Of a DNA stretch of 64,000 nt, positions 61,972 through 64,000 are shown piece by piece. Numbering within the stretch: position 1 is the stretch's first letter; each line of letters opens with the position of its first letter. The notes under the pieces are model-generated. The model was not told where the DNA came from. It did no database searches and worked only from the letters and a program-made list of their open reading frames with translations. Source of the DNA: Ylistrum balloti (taxonomy: Eukaryota); contig NW_026782081.1 of the NCBI RefSeq assembly GCF_031769215.1, positions 434,001 through 498,000 on the forward strand. The letters are read 5' to 3'. The position numbers and the translations under genes were made by a program.

Positions 61972-63630
61972 TTAAGCTAAACAGTCAAGCAGCAGATTCG
62001 CAAATTCCGAATCCGTATTCAGTCCAAAATCCTCCTTCATCTTTCGCCATCTATCGATCGCCTGTTTAATATAAATTCTTACCTGTCCTCTTTTCTGGTC
62101 TGACTCCTTCCTCTTACGCTTTCATGCACTTTCTGTAAAATCTGTTTCACATCAGCCGTGCGTTTTTTTCGTCGTACGATTTCCGCCGCGAACACAATCG
62201 CTACCTATTCGCATCCGTCGCACATACTGCAAATTTGTAAAGCGATCTCCGTACGTTGTTCGCACGGTTGACTCACGAACCGTACGGTGTTCGCAGGTTG
62301 AACGTACGCAGTTATCGTGAGGCTGCACAAATTCTCAAGGCACCCGAAAGACTGCCGTAAGAATTTGCAAAGTTTCTTACAATCACCGCACGGCAAGCAC
62401 GAATTTGAAAGACAGTTGTACGGTGTTCGTGTGATCGCCATTTGGAGGAGGAATTATCTCCTCTTATCAAGATTTGGATATATATATATACACAATAGTA
62501 TGCGACAACAGCCTCATTCTGCAGCAGGCCTTCACGGAATTAACTATGGTTGCGAAACCATCCAATGATCTTTTCCGCTGTGAAGAGAAATAAAAATGAA
62601 TACATTATACTAAGGATTGTATCTCATTTTGGCTATCATTGTGGGGAAAAATGACACGAAACAAATCGATACATACCTGGTACAACTACTTATTTTACGT
62701 AAAGGTCTGTAGATAGATTAGAACATGAAATCAACGTAGACACACAGTTTACACATGGTCGAACTGGTTTTCCGTGAAGCCAAACTTAATATGACAAGAT
62801 AATATTGATACTTAGGTAAAAGATAGCATAATACACAGTAAATGTAAATTTCAAGCTTACCGGGCTCATTCAGTTGTGCAGCTATGATTTCTAGTCGCTT
62901 ATAATGCTTGTCGGCGTATTTCCGAGTGTATTCTCTTGCTGTGAAGTAAAGGCATATTTGTCACTCCTTTACAAGCACGTGGCTTCTTCATCTGAATCCT
63001 GGGTTGGTGGTATCTCTGTTGACTCGGGTTCAATGGGGAGGGGGTTTAGCTACCGGAACCTTCCCCTTTCCCATCTTTCTTTGTTTTGGAGGCATGACCT
63101 TCTCTTCCTGAAATCTCGACAGCGACTGATGACGAACAAGACAGACAAACTTTTAAAAGAGGAGGCTTGACGCTAACTTTTCGCAAGGCATTTGCGGGGC
63201 AGCCATGGGAATCTTATACGTTGTTCGTACGTTCCGCAGCAGTCTTTAGACACACTTTCACCAGACGCAAGGCATTCGCAAGTCAGCCGCAAGATGTTCG
63301 TACGATCACCGTGCAGCATTCGCAGGACAAACGCAAGTATAAAATCGTACGATTGACGTGCGATGGTCTCAAGGTAGCTGTACGGCTGCCGTGTGGCAAC
63401 CGTACAGTTGCTGTGCGAACTCCAAAAATCGCAAAGAAATCGCAAAGAAAATGAGCATGTTGAAAAACCAGCTTGCGGCGTTGCGAATTTGTACGGCAGT
63501 CTGGCGGAGTCATCACGAAGTCCTGCGATTTGTCAGAAAATATTCCTTTACAGCTGTCGTAAGGCTGATGTGAAACAGGCTTAAGGTAACTTTTATGTCC
63601 TCGTCCTTTTTTCGCACTTGCGTCCGCCAT
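61972..63630 (-). pseudogene. Small basic ORF of the Kolobok-like element, split by the Harbinger insertion
   Basis: Removing 62139-63581 plus one TSD restores a single 70-codon frame with one internal TGA: MADASAKKGRGHKSYLTESA*KRKRKESDQKRGQVRIYIKQAIDRWRKMKEDFGLNTDSEFANLLLDCLA. Confidence 0.55.
62139..63581. mobile_element. Non-autonomous PIF/Harbinger element, 1443 bp
   Basis: TAA target duplication (62136-62138, 63582-63584). TIR AATCTGTTTCACATCAGCC ... GGCTGATGTGAAACAGGCT with a 16 bp perfect core. CGTACG-rich subterminal arms. Internal minus-strand relic at 63095-62862 resembling the Myb/MADF accessory protein. Confidence 0.75.
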
Positions 63631-64000
63631 ATTGCTTCTTTCTAGACATGCGCGACATCAGGGTTACGAGCGGTAAGTTTTGAATTAGATCAAGACCGCA
63701 CTGTTTACATTCTTTATTTTTTAGATATCAATAAAAATGGTTGCAGTGACTTTTAATTTTAATAATTAACAGAAAGTCTTTGCAACATACTATTGGAAAA
63801 TAGAACGTTTTGCATCGTTTTCTCACAGTGTTTTTTTAACACTATAGTTGCTTTAATAAGATTTTCACCGTCTTTGTTCTTACAAACTTGAATGACGTCA
63901 TAAGGTCATCAGAAAATACAAAGCTCCGCACGGAATGCCACACTGAGATAAGAAACGAGACACCACCTGGTCTTATCTTCATTTAATGTATTCGTGGCAT

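Larger units (their letters stand above)
61245..63852 (-). mobile_element. Kolobok-like non-autonomous DNA transposon (about 1.16 kb without the nested insert)
   Basis: TTAA at both ends (61241-61244 and 63853-63856). The termini read inward AGCGGCTATT and AGCAACTATA (short imperfect TIR beginning with purines). CpG-rich subtermini and an internal small ORF. Confidence 0.55.

Noticed and set aside
62205-63584. Cluster of overlapping ORFs on both strands in the ORF track
   Set aside because: They arise from the GC/CpG-rich subterminal arms of the Harbinger element and show no transposase motifs.

Overview
AT-rich metazoan genomic DNA with GT-AG introns. The repeat types and TRIM-like genes suggest a bivalve mollusc, probably an oyster (inference). 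I reconstructed four intact housekeeping genes by hand, with splice phases checked: ANAPC5 (minus, 17 coding exons, about 789 aa), GOLGA2/GM130 (plus, 24 exons, about 991 aa), intronless TM2D1 (minus) and DNTTIP2/Fcf2 (plus, 6 exons, about 251 aa). They form two head-to-head pairs. A decaying cluster of intronless RING/B-box/coiled-coil (TRIM-like) genes follows, and then a nested transposon stack: a PIF/Harbinger element inside the ORF of a Kolobok-like element, itself inside a coding relic. The most unusual pattern is five unrelated tandem arrays (three in ANAPC5, two in GOLGA2). In each, the repeat unit is a copy of the 3' end of the adjacent exon plus its 5' splice site, so the intron starts with a row of duplicated donors. 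Arrays lying upstream of acceptors contain no exon sequence. No prokaryotic features, CRISPR, tRNA or rRNA were seen. All family assignments come from motif recognition, not database searches.
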